The notes: generated by a model from the letters alone, not told the origin. DNA of 41,194 bases from an uncultured Lachnospiraceae bacterium (GCA_937916415.1 CALGGH010000237.1:1-41194); one strand, 5' to 3'. Counted from the stretch's first letter, positions 9,199-20,658 are shown. Numbers and translations: made by a program.

Positions 9199-9764
9199 CG
9201 TTAAGGATAAAGCATCATGAGGGGATTGAGCAATGACTGAACAAGTATGTACCGGATAAACGAAGAATCGGATGCGGATCCGGAACGAAAGAGACACAAA
9301 CATCCGTAACGGAAAGCTCACAGGATGATCCGGAAATAAATGAAGGCGGAAGCATTATATGGCACAATGAAGCATGCTGATTGTATATAATTGACATGAG
9401 GAAAAGCATTTGAGAACCTAAAACTGTCTCTGATAGAGACGGCAAAATATACCGGAACACAAGGGAACAAGATGAAACTGATTCCTGATTTTGGGAGGAC
9501 TTGCGGTGGGAATCTTCGGGGCGGCGATATTCGTGATCCCCATAGCGCTGCTCGCCGGACTCGCATCGATCGGCACCGCAGCCGTGACGGCCTGACAAGA
9601 TGAAAAGACGAGTAAGACACAGAAAAAACACAATTATTGCACAAATTCACCATAATTCATTTGTATCATGTGATCATGGCAAGCGTAGAAGGCTTGATGA
9701 AACTCCCGACTGAACGGCTTGATGCCGGGCGGTGAAAGGGAAAAGAGAAGAGGAGGAAGAGATC

Positions 9765-11801
9765 ATGTATGACAACGATTATGGATTTGTGACTACCGGA
9801 GCAAACACTACAAATAATAATTCGGACGGAATTGATTCCACGAAGACTGAAAATGCCGCGACTACGCAGGCAGTCAACACGACGGTTCAGACCGGAACTG
9901 AATCAACGGCGGACGTGACCGGAGGATCGACTCAGACGGTTGAGACGGCCGGGACCGAAACTGAAACGCAGAACACCGGAAACACGTATGGCACGACGGG
10001 CAGCACGACGCAGCCCAGCCCTACCGTTTCCAACCCCAGATATACGGACCTGACTGCCGGCGGTTCCGCATCCAACGCAGGTAATGGTTATTACTCATCA
10101 GGCGGCACCGGATTCTCGGGTTATGCAAATGGCGGTTATGACAGGTCATATGGTCAGGGTACCGGATCGACCTATGGAACGACCGGCAGCAACTATGGCG
10201 GCAATTCGGGTGGCAGGTCATACACGAATACGGCAGCGGGCAGCACCTACGGCAATGCTTATTCCAGGACGCCCGGCAACGCTTACGGCAGCAATTCGGG
10301 CAGCAGTTCATATACTGGCTCGGCGGCGGGCAGCACGTACGGCTCGGCAGGCACGGGATCAAGCTACGGCACGACAGGCACCGCCTACGGTACGGGCTAT
10401 GGCAGCACTTCAAACGGTCCGGACAACAATACCGGTTACAACAGGTATGGCTACTCCCCTGAAGAACATAAGAAATCGAGGAAAAAGGCCAAGGGCGAAA
10501 AGAAGGGCAGGTTCGGAATGGTGCTTGGAGCGGCCGCGATACTCATGGCCGGCATCCTCGGCGGAAGTGCGATATCCTATTCATATCTTAACAGCCGCAT
10601 GACCGCGCTGGAGGAGTCCGTCAACAAGCAGGCAGCTTCCAATAAGAACAATGCGGGGACCACGACCGTGCAGGACCGCATAGAGCTGAACAAGGGTAAC
10701 AAGCAGGATGACGTCAAGGACGGTGCGGCCAATACCGTGGTAGGGTCTTCAGCCGGATACAACATGGACGTGAGCGACGTGGTGGAGGCAAACCTGTCCA
10801 GCGTCGTTGCCATCACCAACTATGGCGTGACCGAGATCCGCAGCATGTGGGGCAACTTTACCCAGGAATCCAAGAGCGCGGGCAGCGGAGTCATCATCGC
10901 GGAAACGGACGATGAGCTGCTGATCCTGACCAACTACCACGTGGTTGAGGACAACAGGACTCTGTCGGTGGTCTTCAGCTGGGATGAATATGACGAAAAG
11001 GAAGCAGACAATGCCGACATCATCACCGCGACCGTCAAGGATTATGATGAGTCCAGGGACATCGCCGTTATTGCGATAGACATAAATGACCTGTCAAAGG
11101 ACACGCTTGATCAGATTACCCTGGCACCCATAGGTGATTCTGACGCGCTGGAGCTTGGTGAACAGGTAGTGGCCATCGGCAATGCGCTTGGCTATGGTCA
11201 GTCGGTGACCACCGGCATCGTATCCGCATTGAACAGGCAGATAGGCGCCACGGACTCATACGGCAATACTGACAACAACACTTACATTCAGACTGATGCG
11301 GCCATCAATCCCGGCAACTCGGGCGGCGCACTCTTTAACATGAACGGTGAACTCGTGGGCATCAACTCCGCCAAGATCGGTGGGTCGCAGGTTGATTCCG
11401 TGGGATATGCGATACCGATCTCTGACATCATGGAAGAGGTTGAAAACATGATGAATCAGGAGACCAGGGAAACCGTTGAACTTGGACAGAGAGGATACCT
11501 CGGAGTCAGCATCATGAACGTGACCGAAGAGATCAGCATGACGTACGGACTGCCCGTCGGAATATACGTTTCATCGGTTGAAACGGGATCAGGAGCCGAA
11601 AAGGCCGGCATCAAGAAGGAAGACGTGATCACGGGCATCAATGGCAAGAGCGTGACCTCTTCCACGGATCTCAAGGACTACCTGTCCAAGTACAGCGCAG
11701 GTGAAACGGTGACCGTCACGGTTGCACAGGCATCCAACAATTACGAGGAAAAGGACATTGAAGTCACGCTCGGCAGTGACCCCAACATGACGACCAACTG
11801 A
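9765..11801 (+). CDS. htrA: HtrA/DegP-family serine protease with PDZ domain
   Basis: GSGVII, LTNYHVV, DIAVI, TDAAINPGNSGGAL, C-terminal PDZ (YLGV), single TM; GAGGAGG RBS. Confidence 0.93.
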   Translation: MYDNDYGFVTTGANTTNNNSDGIDSTKTENAATTQAVNTTVQTGTESTADVTGGSTQTVETAGTETETQNTGNTYGTTGSTTQPSPTVSNPRYTDLTAGGSASNAGNGYYSSGGTGFSGYANGGYDRSYGQGTGSTYGTTGSNYGGNSGGRSYTNTAAGSTYGNAYSRTPGNAYGSNSGSSSYTGSAAGSTYGSAGTGSSYGTTGTAYGTGYGSTSNGPDNNTGYNRYGYSPEEHKKSRKKAKGEKKGRFGMVLGAAAILMAGILGGSAISYSYLNSRMTALEESVNKQAASNKNNAGTTTVQDRIELNKGNKQDDVKDGAANTVVGSSAGYNMDVSDVVEANLSSVVAITNYGVTEIRSMWGNFTQESKSAGSGVIIAETDDELLILTNYHVVEDNRTLSVVFSWDEYDEKEADNADIITATVKDYDESRDIAVIAIDINDLSKDTLDQITLAPIGDSDALELGEQVVAIGNALGYGQSVTTGIVSALNRQIGATDSYGNTDNNTYIQTDAAINPGNSGGALFNMNGELVGINSAKIGGSQVDSVGYAIPISDIMEEVENMMNQETRETVELGQRGYLGVSIMNVTEEISMTYGLPVGIYVSSVETGSGAEKAGIKKEDVITGINGKSVTSSTDLKDYLSKYSAGETVTVTVAQASNNYEEKDIEVTLGSDPNMTTN

Positions 11802-11905
11802 TGCGGGCGTAGGCTCATGGACAATGCGGCACCGGTCAGACGATCCCGTGACGGGATTATGATGATCGGCTCCCGTTGAAAAGAACCAGACCTTTTGATA
11901 TGATG

Positions 11906-11971
11906 ATAACTGTTCGGAGTCTCATCCGACGCTTCATGGGAGCGGGGATGGATTCCGGACAGTTATTTTTT
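11906..11971 (+). terminator. Long hairpin with U-tract after htrA
   Basis: ATAACTGTTCGGAGTCTCATCC...GGATGGATTCCGGACAGTTAT followed by TTTTT. Confidence 0.55.
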
Positions 11972-11992
11972 CATAAAAGATGGAGAAAACAC

Positions 11993-13696
11993 ATGGCAAA
12001 AGGATATGACAAGGAACTGACGGCCAAGCTAAGGGCCCTGACCGATTACTGTTTCAACACCATTTCGATCCAGGAGTACGAAGACGAGATCGCCAAGGAC
12101 CTGACGGGGGAGCCGGGATCCAGGCGGTTCGCGGTGTTCATCAGCGTATGCAACACCAAGGAGAGGGCGACCATTTTTCATGCGTCGGGAGTCACGCTGG
12201 AGGAGGCCGTGGCCACGGCGTGCTCACGTGCCATCAAGGGCGTCAGGAAAAACGACGTTGACCCCAAGTGGGTGAAGCTTGAGATCGTAATCAGGTCTGA
12301 GGAAAAAGCCATCAGGGAAGCCGTGGACCTCATGTTTTCTTCGTATAATGAATTCTTCCGCAGAGGCATTTCGATGGACCGGCATTACGACTATGCCTAC
12401 ACAGAAGCCGAGATTAACGGTAACAGGCTCCTGAACTATAAGGAAAAGCTATTTGACCTGCGTACTTTTAACAAATACACCATGTCAAGGGATGACGACG
12501 TCATCCTCAAGACGCCGTCAATGCTGCTCCTTTTTGACTGCGCGGGATATTTCTGCGATGACAGGGGCGATATATATTCGCTGTACAGGGACGGTTACAA
12601 TTGCGGCAGGCGCATCATAGACGAGATAACTCCGCATGACGTGAGGACGATCGTGGGCAGCAGCGTCAGATACCTGATCAGCCAGATGCATCCCGAGGGA
12701 GCCTTTAACTATGGATATTATCCGATCTATCACAAGCTGATCCCCGGATACAACATCCTGCGCCATTCGTCCACCCTGTGGAGCCTCGTGTGCGCAACCG
12801 AGGTGATCAATGACAAAAACCTTTACCGCAGCACGCTGAGCGCCATCAGGTACATGATCTGCCGGATGGCCCATTATGATGACGGCATCGCATACCTGGT
12901 TGAGGAATCTGCGAACGAGATCAAGCTGGGAGGAAACGGAGTCGCCGTCATCACGCTCAGCCAGTTCATGAAGACATATGAAACCGATGAATACATCCCC
13001 ATCTGCGAGGAACTGGGGCGTGGAATACTGCGCATGATGCGGCCTGACGGCAGCTTCGTTCACGTGCTGGATCCGCTTACGCTCGAGGTGAAGGAGGAAT
13101 ACAGGACCGTATATTATGACGGCGAGGCGACGTTTGCACTCTGCAGGCTGGCTTCGCTGACGGGGTCAGACCTGTGGCTGGAGGCAGCCAGGAGGGCGGT
13201 TGATCATTTCGTGGAGGCCAATTATGAGCAGTATCGGGATCACTGGGTGGCATATGCCGTCAATGAACTGACCATGCTTGATCCTGATCCCAAATACCTG
13301 GAATTTGCACTCAAAAACATATGGGTCAACCTGGACGTGATACACAAGCAGCCGACCAGCTATCACACTTATCTGGAAATGCTGATGGCCGGATATGAGA
13401 CCTACAGGCGCGTGGCTGAGTCCGGGATCGATCTGCCGATCCTGCAGGAATTCGACGTACGCAAGCTGGCCGAGACCATTTTTCACAGGGCGAGGCACAT
13501 GCTGAACGGTTACGGATATCCGGAATACGTCATGTATTTCAAGAAACCATACTTCTTTAGGGGAGCTTTTTTCGTCAGGCATGACGGATACAGGGTGAGA
13601 ATCGACGACGTACAGCATTTCTGCGGCGCGTACATCGCCTTTTACAGGCGTTATGATGAGATATACCAGTACATGACGAAGGGCAAGCTGGAGTAA
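11993..13696 (+). CDS. Uncharacterised helical-barrel enzyme (family often labelled poly(glycerol-phosphate) alpha-glucosyltransferase)
   Basis: YNILRH, KLGGNG, YYDGEA, DHW.AY and RIDDVQH motifs; GGAG RBS. Confidence 0.6.
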   Translation: MAKGYDKELTAKLRALTDYCFNTISIQEYEDEIAKDLTGEPGSRRFAVFISVCNTKERATIFHASGVTLEEAVATACSRAIKGVRKNDVDPKWVKLEIVIRSEEKAIREAVDLMFSSYNEFFRRGISMDRHYDYAYTEAEINGNRLLNYKEKLFDLRTFNKYTMSRDDDVILKTPSMLLLFDCAGYFCDDRGDIYSLYRDGYNCGRRIIDEITPHDVRTIVGSSVRYLISQMHPEGAFNYGYYPIYHKLIPGYNILRHSSTLWSLVCATEVINDKNLYRSTLSAIRYMICRMAHYDDGIAYLVEESANEIKLGGNGVAVITLSQFMKTYETDEYIPICEELGRGILRMMRPDGSFVHVLDPLTLEVKEEYRTVYYDGEATFALCRLASLTGSDLWLEAARRAVDHFVEANYEQYRDHWVAYAVNELTMLDPDPKYLEFALKNIWVNLDVIHKQPTSYHTYLEMLMAGYETYRRVAESGIDLPILQEFDVRKLAETIFHRARHMLNGYGYPEYVMYFKKPYFFRGAFFVRHDGYRVRIDDVQHFCGAYIAFYRRYDEIYQYMTKGKLE

Positions 13697-13710
13697 GAAT
13701 GCTCCAGCTT
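13685..13710. terminator. Hairpin between convergent genes
   Basis: AAGCTGGAGT-aagaat-GCTCCAGCTT. Confidence 0.5.
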
Positions 13711-13727
13711 AAACCCTTGAACTGAGT

Positions 13728-15797
13728 TTACTTCAGCTTGAATCTCTGAACCATCTGAAGCAGGCTGTCTGCCGTGCTTTGCTGCTTGGCGGACAGATCC
13801 GCCACGTTGTTCACCACGTCGGATACGTTGCTGACCGATTCCGTCACGTCAGAAGAACGCGTTGAGGTCGCCTGGGTGGATTCAGCTATCGCCGCCACGG
13901 CGCCGTTTACTTCTACCATCGAATTGCGGATGTTTTCCGCCATGTCATCGATGCGGATGGCCAGTTCGCCGAACAGCTCGGCATCATCTCCATACGTCTT
14001 TCCGAAATCCACGAAACTCTGGTAATCCGGGGTAACCCTGTCTGTCACGAATTCCAGCAGCTTGCCCGAGCTGCTGTTCAGGTCGCTGAAAGCTTCCTCG
14101 ATGGATCCTACGGTATCCTGGATCTGCTTCACAGCTTCCGCGGTGTCCATGGCCAGTTTGTTGATCTCTGATGCAACCACGGCAAATCCGCGGCCTGCTT
14201 CTCCGGCCCTGGCGGCTTCGATGGATGCATTAAGGGACAGCAGGTTGATCTGATCCGCGATGCTGGATATCGCTTCAGCCAGATTTCCTATCTCGTGTAC
14301 GATCTCCGCCTTGGAGCTGGCTTCCTCCACTTCACGGCTGCGCTGCTGCGCGATGGCAATCGCGTCGTCGTGGGATTTCAGGCTGTTCTCCATTATTTCC
14401 CTGGCCCTAGCCTTGATCCTGGCTACTTCCTTGGAGGTCTGCTCCGTCTCTTCCGCCAGATGCTGGACTGACGTATTGACCTCGGTAACGGATGCGCTGA
14501 CCTCTTCGGTTGCGGCTCCGGTGCTCATCATGGCATCATTTACCATGACCATGTTGTCACGTATCTTGCCAAATTCAGCATTGAGCTGGTCGCTCATGGC
14601 ACTCAGCGTCGTGGAGGCGTCATTGATCTCTCCGGATTCTTCGGAAATGCGACGTATGATCTCCTTGTTGTTGGCATACATGTTATTTAGTGAATCGGAC
14701 ATCTGTCCGACTTCATCGTTGCTCTTGACGATAAGGTTGGCTATGGTGAAGTTGCCATTGGCCAGTTCACCGGAGAATGCGGTAACTTCTCCCAACTGAC
14801 GCGTTATTCCGTTGATGATCAGGAATATGCTGACCGCGCCCAGTATCAGGGCGATGATGAGAACCAGCACGCTTACCTGCATCAGGCCATCTACGTCTTC
14901 CCTGAGTTCCGCTTCCGTGATCTGCAGTATCAGGCGCCACTCAACCTCGGGCACGGACGAAAAGAAAACCTTGTAGGATTCGCTGCCGTCCCGGTACGAA
15001 CCCTCTCCTGCAGGTGACGCGATCACCTGACTGCCCAATTCCGCCAGGGAAGAATTGGAGTCATTGGTAATGTTCTGCCCGGTTTCTGCCTTGGAGGAGT
15101 CTGATGAATATAGGAAGGTTCCGCTTGCGGTCGTGAGCATTGCGGATCCGGTACGGCCCATGCTTATGGCGGCGGTAGCTTCCTCGATGGATGAAAGCTC
15201 GATGTCCACGGTAACGCATCCTATATAGGTGCCATTTTCGTCAAAAATGGGTGCGGAACAGCTGGCCATGATGCATCCTGAAGTCTCATCATAATAGGGA
15301 TCCGTGATGACGGCCTGCATGGAAGTGATCGCCTTCGCGTTGGTATAGTATTCCTGTACGAAATAGTCATAATCGGCGTTGCTGTAATCCCAGGTTTCGG
15401 TTATTGAAGACCCGTCCTTGTACCAGTAAGGCCCAATATACTCTTCAGCAGCATCATATGCGTAGGGTTCGAACCACAATCCGCTTCCCAGCACCATGTC
15501 GTTGTCAGAGATGATGCCGCAAAGCATCTGTTTCATGGCCTCCATGTCGGAGGTCTTGTAGGTGGCGCTGACCGCACGGGAAATGTCGACGGCAGTACGG
15601 CGAACCTCCTGCAACTCTCCGTCCATGTCGTTGACTGCGGCCTGAAGGGTCTGTGTCGCGGTGGCCTCAGCCTGTTCCATGATGATTCCATTGCTCTTTA
15701 CCGCGCTGATGATCATCAGGATGATGAGGGCACCGGCAAAAATGGGCAGTATGCCCAACAACATCTTGGCCTTAATGCTTTGCTTTCTTTTCTGCAT
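13728..15797 (-). CDS. Methyl-accepting chemotaxis protein (dCache, HAMP, signalling domain)
   Basis: Two TM segments, TDPYYD Cache motif, [37 protein letters not shown]. Confidence 0.95.
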   Translation of the reverse strand: MQKRKQSIKAKMLLGILPIFAGALIILMIISAVKSNGIIMEQAEATATQTLQAAVNDMDGELQEVRRTAVDISRAVSATYKTSDMEAMKQMLCGIISDNDMVLGSGLWFEPYAYDAAEEYIGPYWYKDGSSITETWDYSNADYDYFVQEYYTNAKAITSMQAVITDPYYDETSGCIMASCSAPIFDENGTYIGCVTVDIELSSIEEATAAISMGRTGSAMLTTASGTFLYSSDSSKAETGQNITNDSNSSLAELGSQVIASPAGEGSYRDGSESYKVFFSSVPEVEWRLILQITEAELREDVDGLMQVSVLVLIIALILGAVSIFLIINGITRQLGEVTAFSGELANGNFTIANLIVKSNDEVGQMSDSLNNMYANNKEIIRRISEESGEINDASTTLSAMSDQLNAEFGKIRDNMVMVNDAMMSTGAATEEVSASVTEVNTSVQHLAEETEQTSKEVARIKARAREIMENSLKSHDDAIAIAQQRSREVEEASSKAEIVHEIGNLAEAISSIADQINLLSLNASIEAARAGEAGRGFAVVASEINKLAMDTAEAVKQIQDTVGSIEEAFSDLNSSSGKLLEFVTDRVTPDYQSFVDFGKTYGDDAELFGELAIRIDDMAENIRNSMVEVNGAVAAIAESTQATSTRSSDVTESVSNVSDVVNNVADLSAKQQSTADSLLQMVQRFKLK

Positions 15798-16063
15798 GAT
15801 TACCTCCTTTGATTGAGTAATTTTATGTAGAGATGGTTTAATTATACTTGAACTCGTCGGAAACCCGCTATACTTTTAGACCCCAAAAGCATGAAAAAAG
15901 TGCATAAAAATGCTGTTGCTTTTTGTATGGAACGTAAAATTGCATTGATTTTTGTGCAATATATTTTCGCGCATAATGCTACGCTTTTGACCCCTTTTTA
16001 CGATATAATATGTCCTATACGTTAAAGAGTGATATTTATGCGGAGCCCACTTAAACGTTTTCG

Positions 16064-16090
16064 TAAAGTTTTTGTGGGTTCTGCCGATAA
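16064..16090 (+). promoter_or_regulatory. Sigma-28 (FliA/SigD) promoter
   Basis: TAAAGTTT-N11-GCCGATAA, an exact match to the extended consensus. Confidence 0.85.
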
Positions 16091-16258
16091 CGTCTAATAA
16101 TATACCCAAATTTTTAAGGAAACTAACGAATTTAATAATGAGGACGCTTCATTCAGGGGAAAGAATGACGTCAGCGGAAGTCCCCGTGAAAGGGAAAAGA
16201 AACAGGAACAGGATAACCGTGGACTTGCACGATCCGGACGTGTCAGAAGGAGGAGCAA

Positions 16259-19200
16259 GTGAAGACAAAGAACATACCTAAATGCATAAGAGAAGGTCTT
16301 TTCTGCTTTATGACGGGAGCATTGGTGTTTGCCGGCAGCGCGATCACCGCGCAGGCAGCTGATGGAGATCCCGGCGATGCCGGTGACAATGGACTCACCA
16401 GTGACGTTAATAATGGACAGGAGAGTGCGTCTGAGAGCATTGCTAATGCCATAACTTCAGAAGGATCCGAATCATACGGAGAATCGTCCGGCCATGAGGA
16501 GTCAACTGAGTCAGGAGACTGCCATGAAACAATCGCCACGACCGATACTTACGTAGAATCCGGCACCTTTGAGGAATCCGGTACGGATTATGATTATACG
16601 GTTGAAACGACGGTTGTTGCAGAGAGTACTACGTACGAGGCGGAAAAGGCAGTAGATTCTACGACCACGGAAAACATTGTGGATGGCGAAGAAGCTAAGG
16701 AAGCTACCCTGGTAGATGCTGCGGGTCAGCCGATCCTGGATGAAGACGGCAACGAGCAGACTGCGGAGGTTACCACTTATACAGAAACGACCACGACTGG
16801 TCATTATGAGGTTAAGCAGGCTGAGGCGACCGGATCCGAAACCACGGGTGATACAGAGGGATCAGGAACCGAGAGCGGAGCGGGAACTGAGGAATCGGAA
16901 TCCGGATCCGGGAACGAAACCGGGACCCGGGAGTCCGAAACCGAGGGCGCAGCACAGAATACAGGTACTGAGGGTACGGCACAGACTTCCGATGCGGAGA
17001 CGGTTAACCTCTTGAATGCTACAACCACCGTTACCCGCGAGGTGACCACTGACAGCCGGAAACTGGCGGAGGACGTTCGTGCAAACATTGTTGCCGAGCA
17101 GACAAATGGATCTCAGATAACAACTTCTACGGATGATGATGGGAACGTAACTAAGATTACTACGGAGGTCGTATCCGTCAGTGACGTTACCAGGATAATA
17201 AAATTGGCCGGCAGGGAAGTGACTGACATTGAAGGCATTTCCGAGAATGATGAGTTCGTCGTTAAATCCGACGGCACCATTACCTGGAACGGTGTTGAAC
17301 TTGCTTCCGATAGCGACCTGTATAAGATCGTCAATGAGGCTTCGGAAGGCACTGCATATTATCTGGAAGGAACAGATGTTGAGGTTAGCGGTAATCATGA
17401 TTATTCCGTGATTAAGTCGCTGAATGAGGATGGAACGATATCAACCGTCGTAACCAAGGATAATGACGTCATTGATTCTAAAGACGAAGATTACGCCAAG
17501 GTATTGGATTTGCTTGATGAAGAAAGCCTTGAGTCGAAACTTAATGAAATAAATGGCTTGGAAGCGATCAACAAAGCCGGAGCACTGACAGCGGACAACA
17601 TATTCGTTTCCGAAGATGGAACCATTACGTTTGTCAATTTAGGGTCGGAGCAGATAAAAGCGTTAACTGATGCGGGTTATACGGTTAATGTTGAGAATCC
17701 TGACGTAAAAACAGGAGTTGATGAGACCAGGAAAGATGAACTGGTTTCGAAGGGATATGCTTTGACCGGTGATGGCAGAACCGTGGAGCTGACAAAAGCC
17801 GTGTTCGAGGAGATCATGTCGACTGCGGGAGAGGAAGGAACGTCCCTGCCATATGAAAATGCCGGCATCGTCGAAATCGAGGGTGAGGATGGCAGCATCT
17901 CATATATGTTCTCAAACTTGAATGAAGATCAGAAAAATGCACTGCAAGCTGCCGGATATGCGATTGATGACGAGGGATCTGATAGCCGGGAAGAAGTTGA
18001 TGAGGCAACCAAAAACTCTTTGGTGGATCAGGGGTACTCGGTAACTAACACTAATGAAACAAAATACATGTCTGAAGATGACCTTCCTGATGACATTAAG
18101 GATATCCTCAATAAGTATGATTGTTCATATGAGTTTGACGCTGATAAGGGATTGGTTGTTTCCGGATTGACCGAGGATGCCAAGGGCGAACTTGAGGCAA
18201 ATGGTTATGCCGTTGGAGATGACATAGCTTCTGATGGAGAGGATGAGGCTCAGAGCATTGAAATCACAGACGAAATACGAGCTGCATTAAAGGATGCGAC
18301 TTGGACAAAGAATGAGTCTGGAGATGACGTTACGACCATAAAGGTTGGCGAAGTTAGTTATACTGTCGTTCGGAGCGGAGAGTTTAATCAGACATCTTCT
18401 GAAGAGTATGAAAGGCTGTATGACAAATTGACCGGTCTTGGTTATACAAAAGATCAAATAGATGATTACCTGGGTAAAACAGAAATAGCTGATGAACTGT
18501 CTAAATATGGTGACATCTATTCTGCCGTAGAGCATTATAGCATTTACGCAAATGAAGTGTATTTAAATGGCCATAGTCAGGCTGACGTATGTGCCAATAC
18601 GGTATATTTCTCTAATTTGGAGATAGGTTCTGATAAAGTATATGATTCAATTGCTCAAAGTGTTAAAGTCGGCACAATTAGCGGAACGGTGGGCAGTTCA
18701 ATCATGCCCGGTGATGCCACGACTGAATTTATCCTCAGCGATAAATACGTCACGACCGGAAACATAGATGCTTCTTATAACGGGAATAAATATGACATTA
18801 AGATCACAGGAGTTAATGAAGATGGATACATTACCCAAATATCAGTAGATGGCGATAAGAAGGATGCCGCAGGAGGATATGCATTTGTATTTGATAAGAA
18901 TACTGGCGACTATTATCAGATTCAGTATAATGCCTGCAAAGGCAACATGAAGATTACTTCAGCCTCTGACGTGAGTACGGACGTGTCTGCCGTAGTCAAG
19001 GCTTCGATTGATCTCCAGAATGCCGGAACGGCTGATGGCGCTGTCACGGCCACGCTGGAATATGGAAGTGACCAGAAGTATGGCATGGACATAACTGCCA
19101 TTGATTCTGATACAATATTTGTTAATCTGAATATAGCAGAATGTACTACGATAATGCTGAATGAAGAGATTCATTGGTCTGGTCCGGAACATGACCAATT

Positions 19201-20554
19201 GATATCAGAGGGATATGCGGTTACTTGGGTTCAAGAATTGAATAGGCATGTTTATGCAAAGCAGATTGTTGGAGCTACGTCAGATCAACTGGCTGATTAT
19301 GCTGACGTGACTAAATACTTAATACAGACCAAGAAGGGAATATATGATTCAGAGGGCAATGATTTAACATCTGCATTTGCAGAATCTGAGAAGGTGAGGG
19401 TCACCTCGAATGATGGACAAACGGTTATATTTAACTTTGCGGTTCAATCAGGACTTGATACGTCTGACATGTTCATACTGTTGAACAGAACCAACCTAAA
19501 TGACAGTCAGTCATCTATTCAACCTAATGCCGATACAGAGATCTATTTTACGGATTATGTAGTGTATAATTTCGGAACTTATTCCGGATCAATTACGACT
19601 GAGTCTATAGCCGGTGCTATTCTTGCAGGAAATGCAACAGTTTATAATACCGGAACAAGTACAGGTTCTGTTGCGGCTGAAAAGGTATATGTTGAAAGTG
19701 GAGAGTGGCATTCTCATTCGAGTTCTGAATACTATGTTAAAGACCTGACGGCGTCTGTTTCGAAAAATGAAAATACTAATACAGTTACGCGGGTTACATA
19801 CGACCTTGAGAAGATTTTCTATAATAAGACGCTGTATGATTTATCCAGAACGGACTCTACGGTTTATCAGGACGTTACGGCAGAAATAGGAAGTGAAACA
19901 CAACTAACGACAGATGCTCTTTATAAGGTCAGCTTCACGAGAACAACTACGACCGAGCAGGAAAAAGAATGGTCCGAAGTGAAGAGAACATATACTGAAG
20001 AGGGCGATTCCGACACGGATACGGATACAGACACAGACACGGATACAGATACAGACACAGATACGGACACAGATACAGATACCGATACCGATTCGGACTC
20101 CGATTCAGACAGTGACTCTGACTCGGATAGCGATTCGGACTCAGACTCCGATTCAGACAGTGATTCTGACTCGGATAGCGATTCAGACTCAGACTCAGAC
20201 AGTGACTCTGACTCGGATTCAGATAGCGACTCAGATACGGATACTGATACGGACACTGATACGGATACAGATACCGACACTGATACAGACACCGATACGG
20301 ACACAGACACGGATCGTGTTATAATAAGAGATGGACAGGTTCCGCTCGCGGGTGCTGCGGCAGTTCTTGGAGCAAGACGCGCACCCGGAGGAGCCGTGCT
20401 CGGCGCAAGGCGTTCACCCGGCACGGGCGATGCCAGCAGCATGGGCGGCCTGCTGGCCATGATGAGTACGGCCACCGGCACGCTTGGAGCATGGGCACTG
20501 TCCAGGAAGAAACGTCGCAAGGAGGGCGAGCCCGAATCCGACGACATGGAGTAA
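16259..20554 (+). CDS. Large sortase-anchored surface protein (adhesin-like) with DT/DS stalk
   Basis: Signal peptide, acidic body, choice-of-anchor-A-like tail ([19 protein letters not shown]), DT/DS repeats, VPLA, two [11 protein letters not shown], hydrophobic stretch, RKKRRK. Confidence 0.88.
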   Translation: MKTKNIPKCIREGLFCFMTGALVFAGSAITAQAADGDPGDAGDNGLTSDVNNGQESASESIANAITSEGSESYGESSGHEESTESGDCHETIATTDTYVESGTFEESGTDYDYTVETTVVAESTTYEAEKAVDSTTTENIVDGEEAKEATLVDAAGQPILDEDGNEQTAEVTTYTETTTTGHYEVKQAEATGSETTGDTEGSGTESGAGTEESESGSGNETGTRESETEGAAQNTGTEGTAQTSDAETVNLLNATTTVTREVTTDSRKLAEDVRANIVAEQTNGSQITTSTDDDGNVTKITTEVVSVSDVTRIIKLAGREVTDIEGISENDEFVVKSDGTITWNGVELASDSDLYKIVNEASEGTAYYLEGTDVEVSGNHDYSVIKSLNEDGTISTVVTKDNDVIDSKDEDYAKVLDLLDEESLESKLNEINGLEAINKAGALTADNIFVSEDGTITFVNLGSEQIKALTDAGYTVNVENPDVKTGVDETRKDELVSKGYALTGDGRTVELTKAVFEEIMSTAGEEGTSLPYENAGIVEIEGEDGSISYMFSNLNEDQKNALQAAGYAIDDEGSDSREEVDEATKNSLVDQGYSVTNTNETKYMSEDDLPDDIKDILNKYDCSYEFDADKGLVVSGLTEDAKGELEANGYAVGDDIASDGEDEAQSIEITDEIRAALKDATWTKNESGDDVTTIKVGEVSYTVVRSGEFNQTSSEEYERLYDKLTGLGYTKDQIDDYLGKTEIADELSKYGDIYSAVEHYSIYANEVYLNGHSQADVCANTVYFSNLEIGSDKVYDSIAQSVKVGTISGTVGSSIMPGDATTEFILSDKYVTTGNIDASYNGNKYDIKITGVNEDGYITQISVDGDKKDAAGGYAFVFDKNTGDYYQIQYNACKGNMKITSASDVSTDVSAVVKASIDLQNAGTADGAVTATLEYGSDQKYGMDITAIDSDTIFVNLNIAECTTIMLNEEIHWSGPEHDQLISEGYAVTWVQELNRHVYAKQIVGATSDQLADYADVTKYLIQTKKGIYDSEGNDLTSAFAESEKVRVTSNDGQTVIFNFAVQSGLDTSDMFILLNRTNLNDSQSSIQPNADTEIYFTDYVVYNFGTYSGSITTESIAGAILAGNATVYNTGTSTGSVAAEKVYVESGEWHSHSSSEYYVKDLTASVSKNENTNTVTRVTYDLEKIFYNKTLYDLSRTDSTVYQDVTAEIGSETQLTTDALYKVSFTRTTTTEQEKEWSEVKRTYTEEGDSDTDTDTDTDTDTDTDTDTDTDTDTDTDSDSDSDSDSDSDSDSDSDSDSDSDSDSDSDSDSDSDSDSDSDSDSDSDTDTDTDTDTDTDTDTDTDTDTDTDTDRVIIRDGQVPLAGAAAVLGARRAPGGAVLGARRSPGTGDASSMGGLLAMMSTATGTLGAWALSRKKRRKEGEPESDDME
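20006..20314 (+). repeat. Coding hexamer repeat DS(DT)13(DS)24(DT)13D
   Basis: Counted codon by codon: DT 20012-20089, DS 20090-20233, DT 20234-20311. Confidence 0.95.
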
Positions 20555-20629
20555 ACGGCAGTTCAAGGCGAACGTGCCACTCCGATTAATAAGCTTTTAC
20601 CACATTCCTTTTTATCCCTTATTTTCCCC

Positions 20630-20658
20630 GATGCCTCTCCTTTCCCCGGAGGGGCATC
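20630..20658 (+). terminator. Hairpin downstream of the adhesin gene
   Basis: GATGCCTCTCC-N7-GGAGGGGCATC. Confidence 0.45.

Noticed and set aside
889..9200. Prophage or ICE
   Set aside because: No integrase, transposase, structural or conjugation genes, and no att-like repeats seen.
13774..14799. Antisense and alternate-frame ORFs over the MCP and other long genes (e.g. 19921-20547, 10084-10602)
   Set aside because: Shadow ORFs caused by codon bias; they lack RBSs and motifs.
20006..20314. Possible CRISPR array or non-coding satellite
   Set aside because: It is an in-frame hexamer repeat with synonymous variation and no spacers.
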